From Pirellulales bacterium (GTDB lineage: Bacteria > Planctomycetota > Planctomycetia > Pirellulales > UBA1268): a stretch of 64,000 nucleotides of DNA. The stretch lies in assembly GCA_044370415.1 (NCBI GenBank), contig JBILVO010000001.1, forward strand, positions 819 through 64,818, read 5' to 3'. This document shows, one piece after another, positions 1 through 9,285 of this stretch. The position numbers and the translations under genes are program-made. A model generated the notes under the pieces. The model had not been told where the DNA came from, made no database searches, and was given only the letters and a program-made list of their open reading frames with translations. Position 1 is the first letter of the stretch. Each line of letters starts with the position of its first letter.

Positions 1-2
1 GC

Positions 3-308
3 GGCGGCGGCAGCCGCGAGATCACCGAGATCATCGGCTGGGATCCCGACCGTCGGCAGATCCGCTCCTGGCTGTTCACCTCGGGCGGCAGGTTCGCCGA
101 GGGCTCTTGGTCGCGGGAGGGCGACGCCTGGACCGTGCAGCTCGACGCGGGCACCGCCGGCGACTGCGTCTATACGCTGTCCCGCCTCGGCGCCGACGAC
201 CTCTCCTGCCGCTGCAGCGTCGACGGGCTCGGCGAGATCATGCCGCCGGCGTGCGATTTCGTGCGGACGGCCCGGGCCGCGCCGCCGCCGGACGCGGACG
301 CCCCCTGA
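3..308 (+). CDS. C-terminal fragment of a hypothetical protein (5' end outside window)
   Basis: Frame 3 is open from the window edge (..EIIGWDPDRRQIRSWLFTSGGRFAEGSWSREGDAWTVQLDAG..) to TGA 306-308. Third positions are G/C-dominated. It is absent from the track because no start codon lies in the window. Confidence 0.45.
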   Translation, partial: GGGSREITEIIGWDPDRRQIRSWLFTSGGRFAEGSWSREGDAWTVQLDAGTAGDCVYTLSRLGADDLSCRCSVDGLGEIMPPACDFVRTARAAPPPDADAP

Positions 309-350
309 GCCGTCTTTGGCCCGGCTGTTCCGCGCGAGACACGGCCCTGC

Positions 351-1631
351 TCAGCGCTTCCTGGCCGGCTGGGCCGTCGCCATCTGCCGCTTGATGAAGT
401 AGACCTTGGGATCGTCGACCACCCACGGCGTGCTCCACGTCTTGCCGTCGTCCTGCGTGCAGACGTTGTAGAAGAACGTCTTCAAGAATTCGGTGCGGTA
501 GCCGTAGGGGTATTGCGACGTGATGTGATCGTCCATCGTCAGCTCGTCCACGCCTGGGCTGGCGAAGTAGTGCACCATCCCGTCGGGCGAGAACGACAGG
601 CCGAGCGTCCACCAGCCGTTCTGATCGAGCTGCGGTCCGCGGATCTCGCCGCCGTTGCGGCCGCCACGGATACGGAGGTAGGCGGAGTCCTGCGTCTTCT
701 TCCGGGGATTCGCCGGCTCGAAGCAGATGAACATGCCCGGCCAGTATTCCTCGAGCCCGAACTTCCCCTTGTCGGGGTGGTCCTCGCCCGTGATGATCGC
801 GTGCGTGTAGCAGCCGGCGCGGAAGCCGAACGTGGGTCCGTTCCGCCGCTCCCACTGCTCGAACGGCGGCACGTACACGCGGGTCACTACGCTCGGGCTG
901 TCGCCCACGGACATGCCCCTGCCTGTCACCTTCTGCATGTTGTAGATCAGGTCGTCCTGCTGCATCTGGTAGGTCGTCCGCCCCGGGATGCCGGCGTGGA
1001 GCGTGGCGATCAGCATGCCGTGCGTGCTCCCCTCGAGGCCCGGCGACGGCAGCTCGATCCGCTTGACGACGTCGGGAGTGCCGCGCTTCGGCCCCTCGAA
1101 CCAGCGGCCGTTGACGCTTCTGCCCATCGGGCTCCGCATCCGCTTGTCCTGCTCCTCGGAGCTCTTGGGGTGGTTGTAGTTCCACTTCCACGCCTCGTCC
1201 TCGAAGTCGTCGCCGACACCCTTGACGAGGCTGCCGGTGCCGGGGACGAGCACGGGCTTCTTTGCCGGACGGGCCGGCGCGGGCGCCGGTGCCACGGGGC
1301 CTGCCGTGGCGGCGGCCTGCGGCGTTGCGGTGGTCTCAGCCTTCGTGACTGACTCGGCCTTCGTGGCAGGCTCAGCCTTCGTGGCTGACTCGGTCTGCGT
1401 GGTGGTCTCGGCCTCCGCTGTCGTCCCGGCCTCGGCGGTGGTCTGGGGCTTCGCGGCAGCATCCGTCTCCGTGGGTGCGGGCTCCGCTGCCGTCGCCTCT
1501 GCCTCCACTGCCGACGTCGTCTCCGTGTCCGTCAGGGTGATGGCCTCGTCCTCGGCCACGACGAAGGATGCGCACGACATCCCGCCGAGGCAGACGATGG
1601 CTCCCACGGCCAGAAACTCGCGAATCGACAT
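351..1631 (-). CDS. Secreted hypothetical protein with a Thr/Ala/Glu-rich repeat linker
   Basis: Signal peptide MSIREFLAVGAIVCLGGMSCASFVVA. A low-complexity TKAE-type linker is encoded by 18-bp tandem repeats, followed by a globular C-terminal ~300 aa. No family recognised. Confidence 0.75.
   Translation of the reverse strand: MSIREFLAVGAIVCLGGMSCASFVVAEDEAITLTDTETTSAVEAEATAAEPAPTETDAAAKPQTTAEAGTTAEAETTTQTESATKAEPATKAESVTKAETTATPQAAATAGPVAPAPAPARPAKKPVLVPGTGSLVKGVGDDFEDEAWKWNYNHPKSSEEQDKRMRSPMGRSVNGRWFEGPKRGTPDVVKRIELPSPGLEGSTHGMLIATLHAGIPGRTTYQMQQDDLIYNMQKVTGRGMSVGDSPSVVTRVYVPPFEQWERRNGPTFGFRAGCYTHAIITGEDHPDKGKFGLEEYWPGMFICFEPANPRKKTQDSAYLRIRGGRNGGEIRGPQLDQNGWWTLGLSFSPDGMVHYFASPGVDELTMDDHITSQYPYGYRTEFLKTFFYNVCTQDDGKTWSTPWVVDDPKVYFIKRQMATAQPARKR
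1335..1424. repeat. 5 x 18-bp tandem repeat inside CDS 351..1631
   Basis: Units are ctcagccttcgtgactga / ctcggccttcgtggcagg / ctcagccttcgtggctga / ctcggtctgcgtggtggt / ctcggcctccgctgtcgt. Confidence 0.8.
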
Positions 1632-1905
1632 GATGACAGTCCCCCGTCACGAGGCATGCGGCAACACCGGGAAGTGGTATCGGCGGCCGCGGTGCCTCGT
1701 GCCGAGCGACTCTGACGGCGGCGGTGGCAACGACGGTCTCCTGCCGCGGCCCTCCCGCTTGCCGCCGCGCACCACGCACCCCATCTCCTGCCGCTTGCCC
1801 AACTTCCATGCGGCAGCCGGCCCCGTGAAAGTCCGTCTGGCAGCGGAGCCGGGAAATCGTCACATACCTCGTCCGGACACACCGCCGCCCCCGCCGACAC
1901 CAACC

Positions 1906-2862
1906 ATGAACGCATCCCGCGCTGCACGCGTCGCCCTTCCGCCGCTCCTGCTGCTGGTCGTGGCGGCCTGCCCGCCCGCGATCCGCTGTCATGCCGCCGA
2001 CACCGGAGCCACGGCCGCCGAGACCGCACGCGAGCAGCAGCCGGCGACCCGACGATCGCACATCCAGCCGGTGGGCGAGATGGCCGCCGCGGGCCGCAAC
2101 GCCGACACGCTCGGCCTGCGACTCTCCCGCGCGTCGGAGGTGCTCCGCCAGCAGCTCGCGCTCGCCCGCGGCGCCGGGCTCGTCGTCGAGGAAGTGATCG
2201 AGGGCTCGGTCGCCGACAAGGCCGGCTTCAAGCGCTACGACGTGCTGGTGCTCCTGGACGACCAGATGCTGCTTCTTCCCGAGCAGCTGGCCGCCCTGCT
2301 CGAAGCCTCAGACAGTGGCACCGCTCCGGAGTGCACGCTGCTCCGTGGGGGCGTCAAGGTGACGATCCCGCTGGCCCAGCCGGGCCAGGTGACGCAGCCG
2401 CGGATGACGCGCCGTGCATCGGCCGGCACGCAGCCCGTCTCGGGAGCGTTCCCCACATCCGCAGCCGAGCCACCCGCGGCCGTGCGGCAGATGGCCGCGA
2501 AGCCGGCCACGCAGTCGCGACTGCGGCCCGCGGCATCCACGCTCTCGCTCGTGCAGCCGAGGCCGGCCGCCGCCCCGGCGAAAGCCCCGGCGGCAGCCGG
2601 ATCCGCCGACGCCGAAACGCTCGTGCGTCAGGACTCCGACTGCCAGCTCCGCATCTCCCGGGGCGCCGAGACGCGGCTGGTGGTCACCGACCTCAAAGGC
2701 CGGGTGCTCTTCGACCGGGAGATCGACTCGTCGGAGAGCCGCGGGCTGATCCCCGAGGCTGTCCTCGAGCGCGTCGAGGAGATGGAGCGGGCGCTCGAGT
2801 CGCCGACGCGGCCCGCCGTCGAGGTCGGCCGGCTCGAGGTCGCGCCGATCGAGATCCGCTGA
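1906..2862 (+). CDS. Secreted PDZ-domain protein
   Basis: ATG 1906 (in frame in ORF 1222..2862) gives signal peptide MNASRAARVALPPLLLLVVAACPPAIRCHA. PDZ-like segment GLVVEEVIEGSVADKAGFKRYDVLVLLDDQ. The 5' part of the track ORF is antisense to the neighbouring gene. Confidence 0.7.
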   Translation: MNASRAARVALPPLLLLVVAACPPAIRCHAADTGATAAETAREQQPATRRSHIQPVGEMAAAGRNADTLGLRLSRASEVLRQQLALARGAGLVVEEVIEGSVADKAGFKRYDVLVLLDDQMLLLPEQLAALLEASDSGTAPECTLLRGGVKVTIPLAQPGQVTQPRMTRRASAGTQPVSGAFPTSAAEPPAAVRQMAAKPATQSRLRPAASTLSLVQPRPAAAPAKAPAAAGSADAETLVRQDSDCQLRISRGAETRLVVTDLKGRVLFDREIDSSESRGLIPEAVLERVEEMERALESPTRPAVEVGRLEVAPIEIR

Positions 2863-2877
2863 CGTCGGGCGTCCGGC

Positions 2878-5481
2878 CTACCACCCGCTCTGCGCGGTGT
2901 TGCTCGACCAGTTCGAGCCGGCCGACCGCGACGACGGCGGGGGCGACACCGACGGCCCGTGCACCGTCCGCCAGGGATCGGGACCGCTGAACGTGCCCCC
3001 GGGGAGCTGGATCACCCACGGGCCGAAGCCGCGTGACATCCGCGAGAACGACTCCTCGAGCTGCCGCTGCTGAATCTGTGCCTGCCGCCGACGCCGCCGG
3101 CGTTCCGCCTCGGCCGTGGCCAGCGCATAGGCCTCGCGGGCCAGGCGTGCCGCCTCGGACGAACTCTTCAGCGAGTCCTCGTACCGCTGCCGCGTGAGCA
3201 GGGACTTGGCGGCGTCGACGGCCGCCGCCGCGGGCCGCACGTCGGGAGAGATGCCTTCTGCATAGTACGCGGCGACCCGCCGCACGAGGCCGTCGGCCTC
3301 CTCGAGGTCGTCGAACGCCTGGCGGGCGAGCCGCTCGTCCTCCGCCGCCAGCTCCTCGCCACGGGCGGCCGCAGTATCGGCGGCCTCGAGCACCTGACCG
3401 ACCTGCCGCAGGTCGGGACGCTGCACGCGGAACCCTTCCTCGGCCACTTCGAGGAGGCGGCCGGCCTCGCGGGCCCGCTCGTTGGCCCGCACGCGGTCGG
3501 TGCGCTGCCGCTCGAGGCCGCGCAGCAGGCCGTCCACCCGGCCCCGCACGTTCTCGCGCCGCTTCGGCAGGCTGGCCCGCAGCTCGTCGAGCTCGGCGCG
3601 GCGGTCCATGATCGCCCCGTAGAGTCCCTCGACCCAATCTTCCTGGCGGATCGCCTCCTCGACCAGCGCCACCGCGCGGAAGTAGTGCTGCCGCGACTGC
3701 TCCGCGGCCACCTGCGCCTCGGCCACCAGCGTGCGGACGCGGGCCAGCCCCTCGTCGGCGCGGGCGACGTTGTCTGCCAGGTCGCCCCACGAGCTGTCGG
3801 CGTAGGCGGCGGCGATCTCCTCGAGCGATCGCACGGCCTGACCGCGCCGGCCGGTCAGCGCCTCGAGCCTGGCGACGCAGGACGGCAGCAGGTCGTCCAC
3901 CTTGGCCTTGGCGGCGACGATGCTCTCCAGCAGGGCCAGCGCCTCGGCGTTGGCCTTCTCGGCCCGCTCCACGTGCGCCCGCGCCCCGGCGGTCTCGCCG
4001 GCGTCGAGCAGTTGGGCGGCCAATTCCACCTCGTGGCGGCCGACGGCGATGTTCTCGTCGGGGTTGGCACCGGGCTCGGCGAGCAGCCAGCCCTCGGCCC
4101 GCTTTGTGCGCACCTTCTGCGCCACGTCTTCCGCCTGTGCCAACGTCTTGCCGCGGCGGTCGTCGACCGCCTCGTACGCCTCGACGCGTTCGACCGTGCG
4201 GGCCAGCGCCGCCGCGTGCTCTTCCAGGCGGCCGCGGGCGGCGACGGGATCGCTCTCGAGGTCCTGGCGGGCGAGCGCGACGCCGCGCGACACCTCCGCC
4301 ATCGGCCCCTGGAACGCGGCGTTCGAACGGCCCCGGGCGGCGAGCTTCTCCAGCCGCTGCGCCGCGGCGGCGGCGTCCGCCTCGAGCGTCGCCGCGAGTT
4401 CGCGGGCCTTCTCGTGGGCCGATTCCAGGGCGTCGAGCGGCGCCCGACACTCCCCGGCGACGTCGGCCAGAGGGGGGCGGGCCTCGGCGGAATCGAGCAT
4501 CCTGATCGCCTCGTCCACCTGCGACGTGCCGAGGAAGGTCTCCTTGCCGATCCGCTCCTCCGCCTTCTCCCAGACGTCCATCAGCGACAGCCACCGCTCA
4601 CGGTAGCGCCGCAGGGCGGCCTGCACGTTGTCGTAGGCCGACCGGGTCAGTCCCTGCATCGGCGTGCGGAAGTCGGGGTCGCTGTGGGGCAGCATGCGGT
4701 GCCGCTCCTGCTGGCCGTCGAGCAGGTCGGACAGTGCCACCACCTCGCCCTTGAACGCGGCGAGCTTGCGGCGGGCCTCGGCCAGCCGACGCTCGTGCCG
4801 CGCCCATCTGGCCAGGAGCGTCCCGAGCAGACCGAGGCCAAGGAGCGACGCCAGGCCCAGGGGCAGCGTCCGGGTGCGGAACACCCGCATCGCCTCGGCC
4901 CGCGCCCGCGTGCGGTCCTCACGGGCCTTCACCCAGCGCTCGGTCGCGGTGACCAGATCGGCGAGTCCCTCGTCGTACCGCTCGTCCTTGGCGCAGGGGA
5001 CGAACACCTTGTCGATCAGTTCGGTCCTGATGGTCTCCGGATCGAGCCCGCTCGACACCTCGAGCCCCCACGGCGCCCGCATCGCGATCTGCCGGTCCTT
5101 GACGTCGAGCACGATCGTCACGTCGCGCGACGGGTCGAACGCCCCGGCGCCGCCGCCCGGCCGCGCGTCGCCCGACTCCTGACGCCACCGTTCGATCAGG
5201 CCCTCGAGCATCCGTGTCGACGCGTCCTGGCCGCCGCCGGCGTCGCCGACGACGATCACGCGATAGTCGCGGCCGCTCTCCAGCTTCGCCTTCTCGATCG
5301 CCGCCCGCACCTTGTCGAACGATCCGGCCACGCCGGCCACGAACACCCGCTGCGGATCCGCGGCCGAGGCCTCGATGGGTGGCTGCTCGCCACGGACGGT
5401 CCCGCACCATGCGCCGGCCGCGAGCAACAGGGCGGCGGAGGCGACGCGGACGGCAGAGGGGCGCGAGCTGACGGACGGCAT
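2878..5481 (-). CDS. TPM-domain membrane protein with ~600-aa alpha-helical/coiled-coil C-terminal region
   Basis: Start trimmed to ATG 5481 (MPSVSSRPSAVRVASAALLLAAGAWC signal). The track ORF 5' extension runs through the intergenic repeat. TPM-like segment RDVTIVLDVKDRQIAMRAPWGLEVSSGLDPETIRTELIDKVFVP, then a TM helix (LPLGLASLLGLGLLGTLLARWA), then long Ala/Arg/Glu-rich helices. Confidence 0.75.
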   Translation of the reverse strand: MPSVSSRPSAVRVASAALLLAAGAWCGTVRGEQPPIEASAADPQRVFVAGVAGSFDKVRAAIEKAKLESGRDYRVIVVGDAGGGQDASTRMLEGLIERWRQESGDARPGGGAGAFDPSRDVTIVLDVKDRQIAMRAPWGLEVSSGLDPETIRTELIDKVFVPCAKDERYDEGLADLVTATERWVKAREDRTRARAEAMRVFRTRTLPLGLASLLGLGLLGTLLARWARHERRLAEARRKLAAFKGEVVALSDLLDGQQERHRMLPHSDPDFRTPMQGLTRSAYDNVQAALRRYRERWLSLMDVWEKAEERIGKETFLGTSQVDEAIRMLDSAEARPPLADVAGECRAPLDALESAHEKARELAATLEADAAAAAQRLEKLAARGRSNAAFQGPMAEVSRGVALARQDLESDPVAARGRLEEHAAALARTVERVEAYEAVDDRRGKTLAQAEDVAQKVRTKRAEGWLLAEPGANPDENIAVGRHEVELAAQLLDAGETAGARAHVERAEKANAEALALLESIVAAKAKVDDLLPSCVARLEALTGRRGQAVRSLEEIAAAYADSSWGDLADNVARADEGLARVRTLVAEAQVAAEQSRQHYFRAVALVEEAIRQEDWVEGLYGAIMDRRAELDELRASLPKRRENVRGRVDGLLRGLERQRTDRVRANERAREAGRLLEVAEEGFRVQRPDLRQVGQVLEAADTAAARGEELAAEDERLARQAFDDLEEADGLVRRVAAYYAEGISPDVRPAAAAVDAAKSLLTRQRYEDSLKSSSEAARLAREAYALATAEAERRRRRRQAQIQQRQLEESFSRMSRGFGPWVIQLPGGTFSGPDPWRTVHGPSVSPPPSSRSAGSNWSSNTAQSGW

Positions 5482-5530
5482 GATGGCTCCTGGACGTGCA
5501 TGGACTGGCGGCAGACCCATCGGGATTCTA

Positions 5531-5652
5531 GCTGGCTCTGGAGAAAGCCCTCCCTGGCCTTTTTCCACGAGGGCGAGCGGCGAAAAAGCCGAGGTTTTTC
5601 GACGCTCGCTGCCGCCGCCTCCAGCGGCGGATGACTTTATCCACGGCCTCCT
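5531..5652 (+). repeat. Copy 1 of ~122-bp structured intergenic repeat
   Basis: GCTGGCTCTGGAGAAAGCCCTCCCTGGCCTTTTTCCACGAGGGCGAGCGGCGAAAAAGCCGAGGTTTTTCGACGCTCGCTGCCGCCGCCTCCAGCGGCGGATGACTTTATCCACGGCCTCCT. Near-identical to 21322-21442, 43212-43333 and 63921-64000. Confidence 0.9.
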
Positions 5653-5712
5653 CGCGGGCAACAGACGCCGCCTCCACGGCCAGGATTCGCCACGGCGGCC
5701 GCCCGTCACCAC

Positions 5713-6750
5713 TCACCGCGGCCCCGTCACAGCCGCCCGCAGCACCCCGCGCTGCACCGGTCCCCAGTGCCTCGAATCGCGGCTGCCGGAGGGGAAGTCG
5801 CCGAGGACGAAAAACTCGTCGCGACCGAGCCGCCACTCGTCGCGGCCGTCCGCGGCAGGGCGATGGAGCACGTCCCGCCACAGGCTGCACGACACGATCT
5901 CGCCCGCCCGTGGGTCGCAGTCGCGGCCCTCGTCGTCCCACCCGGGCGTCGCGGGGCAGCCGATCCAGACTCCGCAGGGTCCCGCCCACGGGTCGCCCGG
6001 CTCCGCCGCGGACGCGGGCCACGGGCGGACCACCTGCCAGTCCTCCGGGATCCCCGGCGGCAGGCGTTCGCGCGGGCCGGCGTTGCGGCACTCGGCGGTG
6101 GAAACCTGCCAGCAGGCGGCGACGAACCGGCCGTCGAGCCGGCCGGCCACCGCGGCGAATGCTCCCGCGGACGGCAGCCGCCACGCCACGACGGCTGCAC
6201 CGACCCGCATCCGCAGCCGCGGCGCTGCAGCGGAATGCCCGTGCGCGCGGACCAGCGCGGCCAGACCGACGTCGCGGACCGGCAGCAGCAGTCGCCGCTC
6301 CTCGGGCGCGAAGTCGATGTCGTCGAGGACGACACGGGCCGCGACCGTGCGGTGGCAGTGATCCGCGGCCGAGGCCGCGTCATCCGTCGCGGCAGCCGGC
6401 GGCACGGTCACCGCGGTCTCCGCAAGGACCCGTGGAGGTGTGACGACGATGCTTCCGTCCACGGCGAGGTCGCCGTCGACGAGCGCGATCGTCTCTCCCG
6501 GCAGGCCGACCACCCGCTTGATCGCGTCGCCCCCGCCGGGCGGCACGAGGAGCCAGCGTTCGAACCGGCGCGGGCCTCGGAGGCCCGTCACCGCTGGAAA
6601 CGCGGACGTGGCGACGACGTCTCCCGGCATCAGGCCGGGCGCCATCGAGACGCCCTCCACCTCGTAGCGCAGCGGCCTGGCGACGGCCCACACCGCCACG
6701 CCGGCAGCGAGGGCGGCGGCCGCGACCAGCCCGACCCCGGACGACGTCAT
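5713..6750 (-). CDS. lepB: Signal peptidase I (S26 family) with an enlarged Cys-containing middle domain
   Basis: ATG 6750 gives TM anchor MTSSGVGLVAAAALAAGVAVWAV. Catalytic boxes GVSMAPGL (Ser), IKRVVGLPGE (Lys) and FFVLGDFPSGSRDSRHWGPV are present. Confidence 0.8.
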   Translation of the reverse strand: MTSSGVGLVAAAALAAGVAVWAVARPLRYEVEGVSMAPGLMPGDVVATSAFPAVTGLRGPRRFERWLLVPPGGGDAIKRVVGLPGETIALVDGDLAVDGSIVVTPPRVLAETAVTVPPAAATDDAASAADHCHRTVAARVVLDDIDFAPEERRLLLPVRDVGLAALVRAHGHSAAAPRLRMRVGAAVVAWRLPSAGAFAAVAGRLDGRFVAACWQVSTAECRNAGPRERLPPGIPEDWQVVRPWPASAAEPGDPWAGPCGVWIGCPATPGWDDEGRDCDPRAGEIVSCSLWRDVLHRPAADGRDEWRLGRDEFFVLGDFPSGSRDSRHWGPVQRGVLRAAVTGPR

Positions 6751-6788
6751 GCGTCGGCCCGCCGCGAACGCCCACGGCGGATGCGGCG

Positions 6789-7922
6789 CTACACGTTCAC
6801 CCACTGGTGGCTCTTGGCGCTCTTGAGCACGGCGTCGCACACCTTCTGGGTCTCGAGCGCGTCGCGGAACGTCGGGTGGGCCGGCTGCTTCTTCGCGTAG
6901 GCCTCGAGGAAGTCGGCCACCTGGTGGACGAAACTGTGCTCGTAGCCGATCGCCAGCCCCGGCACCCACCACTTGTCCATGTAGGGGTGGTCGCCGTCGG
7001 TGACGTGGACGCTCTTCCAGCCCCGCATCGGTCCGGCGTCCTTGTAGTCGAACACCTGCAGGCGATGGAGATCGTGCAGGTCCCACTTCAGGCTCATGTT
7101 CTCGCCGTTGATCTCGAACGTGTAGAGGGCCTTGTGGCCGCGGGCGTACCGCGTGCTCTCGAAGAGCCCCAGCGAGCCGTTCTTGAAGTGGCAGAGGAAC
7201 GAGCAGGCGTCGTCGATCTCCACCGGCTCGACCTTGCCGGTGAGCTGGTGCGTCCGCTCCTTCACGAACGTCTCGGTCATGGCGGTGACGTCGCTCACCG
7301 AGCCGTTGAGCCAGATGGCCGTGTCGATGCAGTGGGCCAGCAGGTCGCCCGTCACGCCGCTGCCGGCCGCCTTGGCGTCGAGCCGCCAGAGGGCCGCGCC
7401 CCCCTGCGGCAGGTCGGCGCTGATCGTCCAGTCCTGAAGGAACTCGGCCCGGTAGTGGAAGATCCGGCCGAGCTTGCCCGAGTCGATGATCTGCTTGGCG
7501 AACGTGACGGCCGGGATGCGGCGGTAGTTGTACCAGACGGTGTTGGGCACCCCCGCCTTCTCGACGGCGGCGACCATCTTCTCCCCCTCGGCCGTGTCCA
7601 TCGACAGCGGCTTCTCGCAGAGGATCGCCTTGCCGTGCTTGGCCGCCTCGATGGCGATCTCGGCGTGGAGGTTGTTGGGCGTGCAGATGTCGATGGCGTC
7701 GATGTCATCGGCGGCGACGAGCTTGCGCCAGTCGCTCTCCACCCGCTTGTAGCCCCAGCGGTCGGCGAACGCCTTCGCCTTGTCGGCGTCGCGGGCCGCG
7801 ACGGCCTGGAGCACCGGCAGGTATTCGAGGTCGAAGAAGTCCTTGACGCGGTTGTAGCCGTTGGAGTGGGCGCGGCCCATGAAGCCGTAGCCGATCATGC
7901 CGATGCGCAGGGGCTTGGACAT
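6789..7922 (-). CDS. Gfo/Idh/MocA family NAD(P)-dependent oxidoreductase
   Basis: ATG 7922. N-terminal Rossmann motif [23 protein letters not shown], and family-typical CEKPL and GxxxH regions. Confidence 0.9.
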   Translation of the reverse strand: MSKPLRIGMIGYGFMGRAHSNGYNRVKDFFDLEYLPVLQAVAARDADKAKAFADRWGYKRVESDWRKLVAADDIDAIDICTPNNLHAEIAIEAAKHGKAILCEKPLSMDTAEGEKMVAAVEKAGVPNTVWYNYRRIPAVTFAKQIIDSGKLGRIFHYRAEFLQDWTISADLPQGGAALWRLDAKAAGSGVTGDLLAHCIDTAIWLNGSVSDVTAMTETFVKERTHQLTGKVEPVEIDDACSFLCHFKNGSLGLFESTRYARGHKALYTFEINGENMSLKWDLHDLHRLQVFDYKDAGPMRGWKSVHVTDGDHPYMDKWWVPGLAIGYEHSFVHQVADFLEAYAKKQPAHPTFRDALETQKVCDAVLKSAKSHQWVNV

Positions 7923-8130
7923 TGGTGTGGTCCTTGATGATGGGGAAGTGGCGGGGAGTCTTGGGGAATGGTCCGCTGCGGGACGGTGGAAGTCTCGTCG
8001 CGGATGAGCTCGCTCCTTCCACGACCTGTGGCAGTTCAATCCTCAGAAGGTCGCACTCTCATAAGCTCCTCGAGATTCCACCGATCCCTCCGCTCGCCGA
8101 ATGACGGGCCTGCCGAAGCCGGCACGTTCC

Positions 8131-9165
<1,035 letters not shown>

Positions 9166-9285
9166 GATGCGGATGTCCTCGCTAGGTCGCGATAGGGAAA
9201 GATTCAGAAGTCGGGAATGTTGGCCGGGGCAGCCCCTCGCGAAACTGTGGGGGCGGCCGCCGACACGACGGATTGAGGTGTCGAG

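Noticed and set aside
1222-1905. 5' extensions of many track ORFs (for example 1222.., 11649.., 19748.., 21821.., 25571..27937, 46878.., 53261..54514, 58449..)
   Set aside because: The extensions overlap neighbouring genes or repeats and lack protein-like sequence. Internal starts give proper signal peptides or canonical N-termini (RpiB, HemA, GAPDH, ClpP) and often have SD sequences.
2693-5634. Several long overlapping ORFs (2693..4594 minus, 3685..5634 plus, 3902..4606 plus and others) within the TPM/coiled-coil gene
   Set aside because: They are alternative frames of a GC-rich gene. Their products are extreme Arg/Pro/Gly compositions without a signal peptide or motifs, whereas the chosen frame has signal peptide, TPM-like and TM features.
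5531-5652. Conserved peptide RPWIKSSAAGGGGSERRKTS.F appearing in three minus-strand track ORFs (2878..5712, 20882..22018, 43145..43420), which could look like a small repeated gene
   Set aside because: It is just the minus-strand translation of the DNA repeat. It has no start codon of its own, the conservation ends exactly at the repeat borders, and the flanking ORF parts are unrelated.
5631-6443. Plus-strand ORF starting at the ATG inside the repeat (GGCGGATGACTTTATCC..)
   Set aside because: The same ATG occurs in every copy, but the downstream sequence differs completely between copies. Here the ORF runs antisense through lepB.
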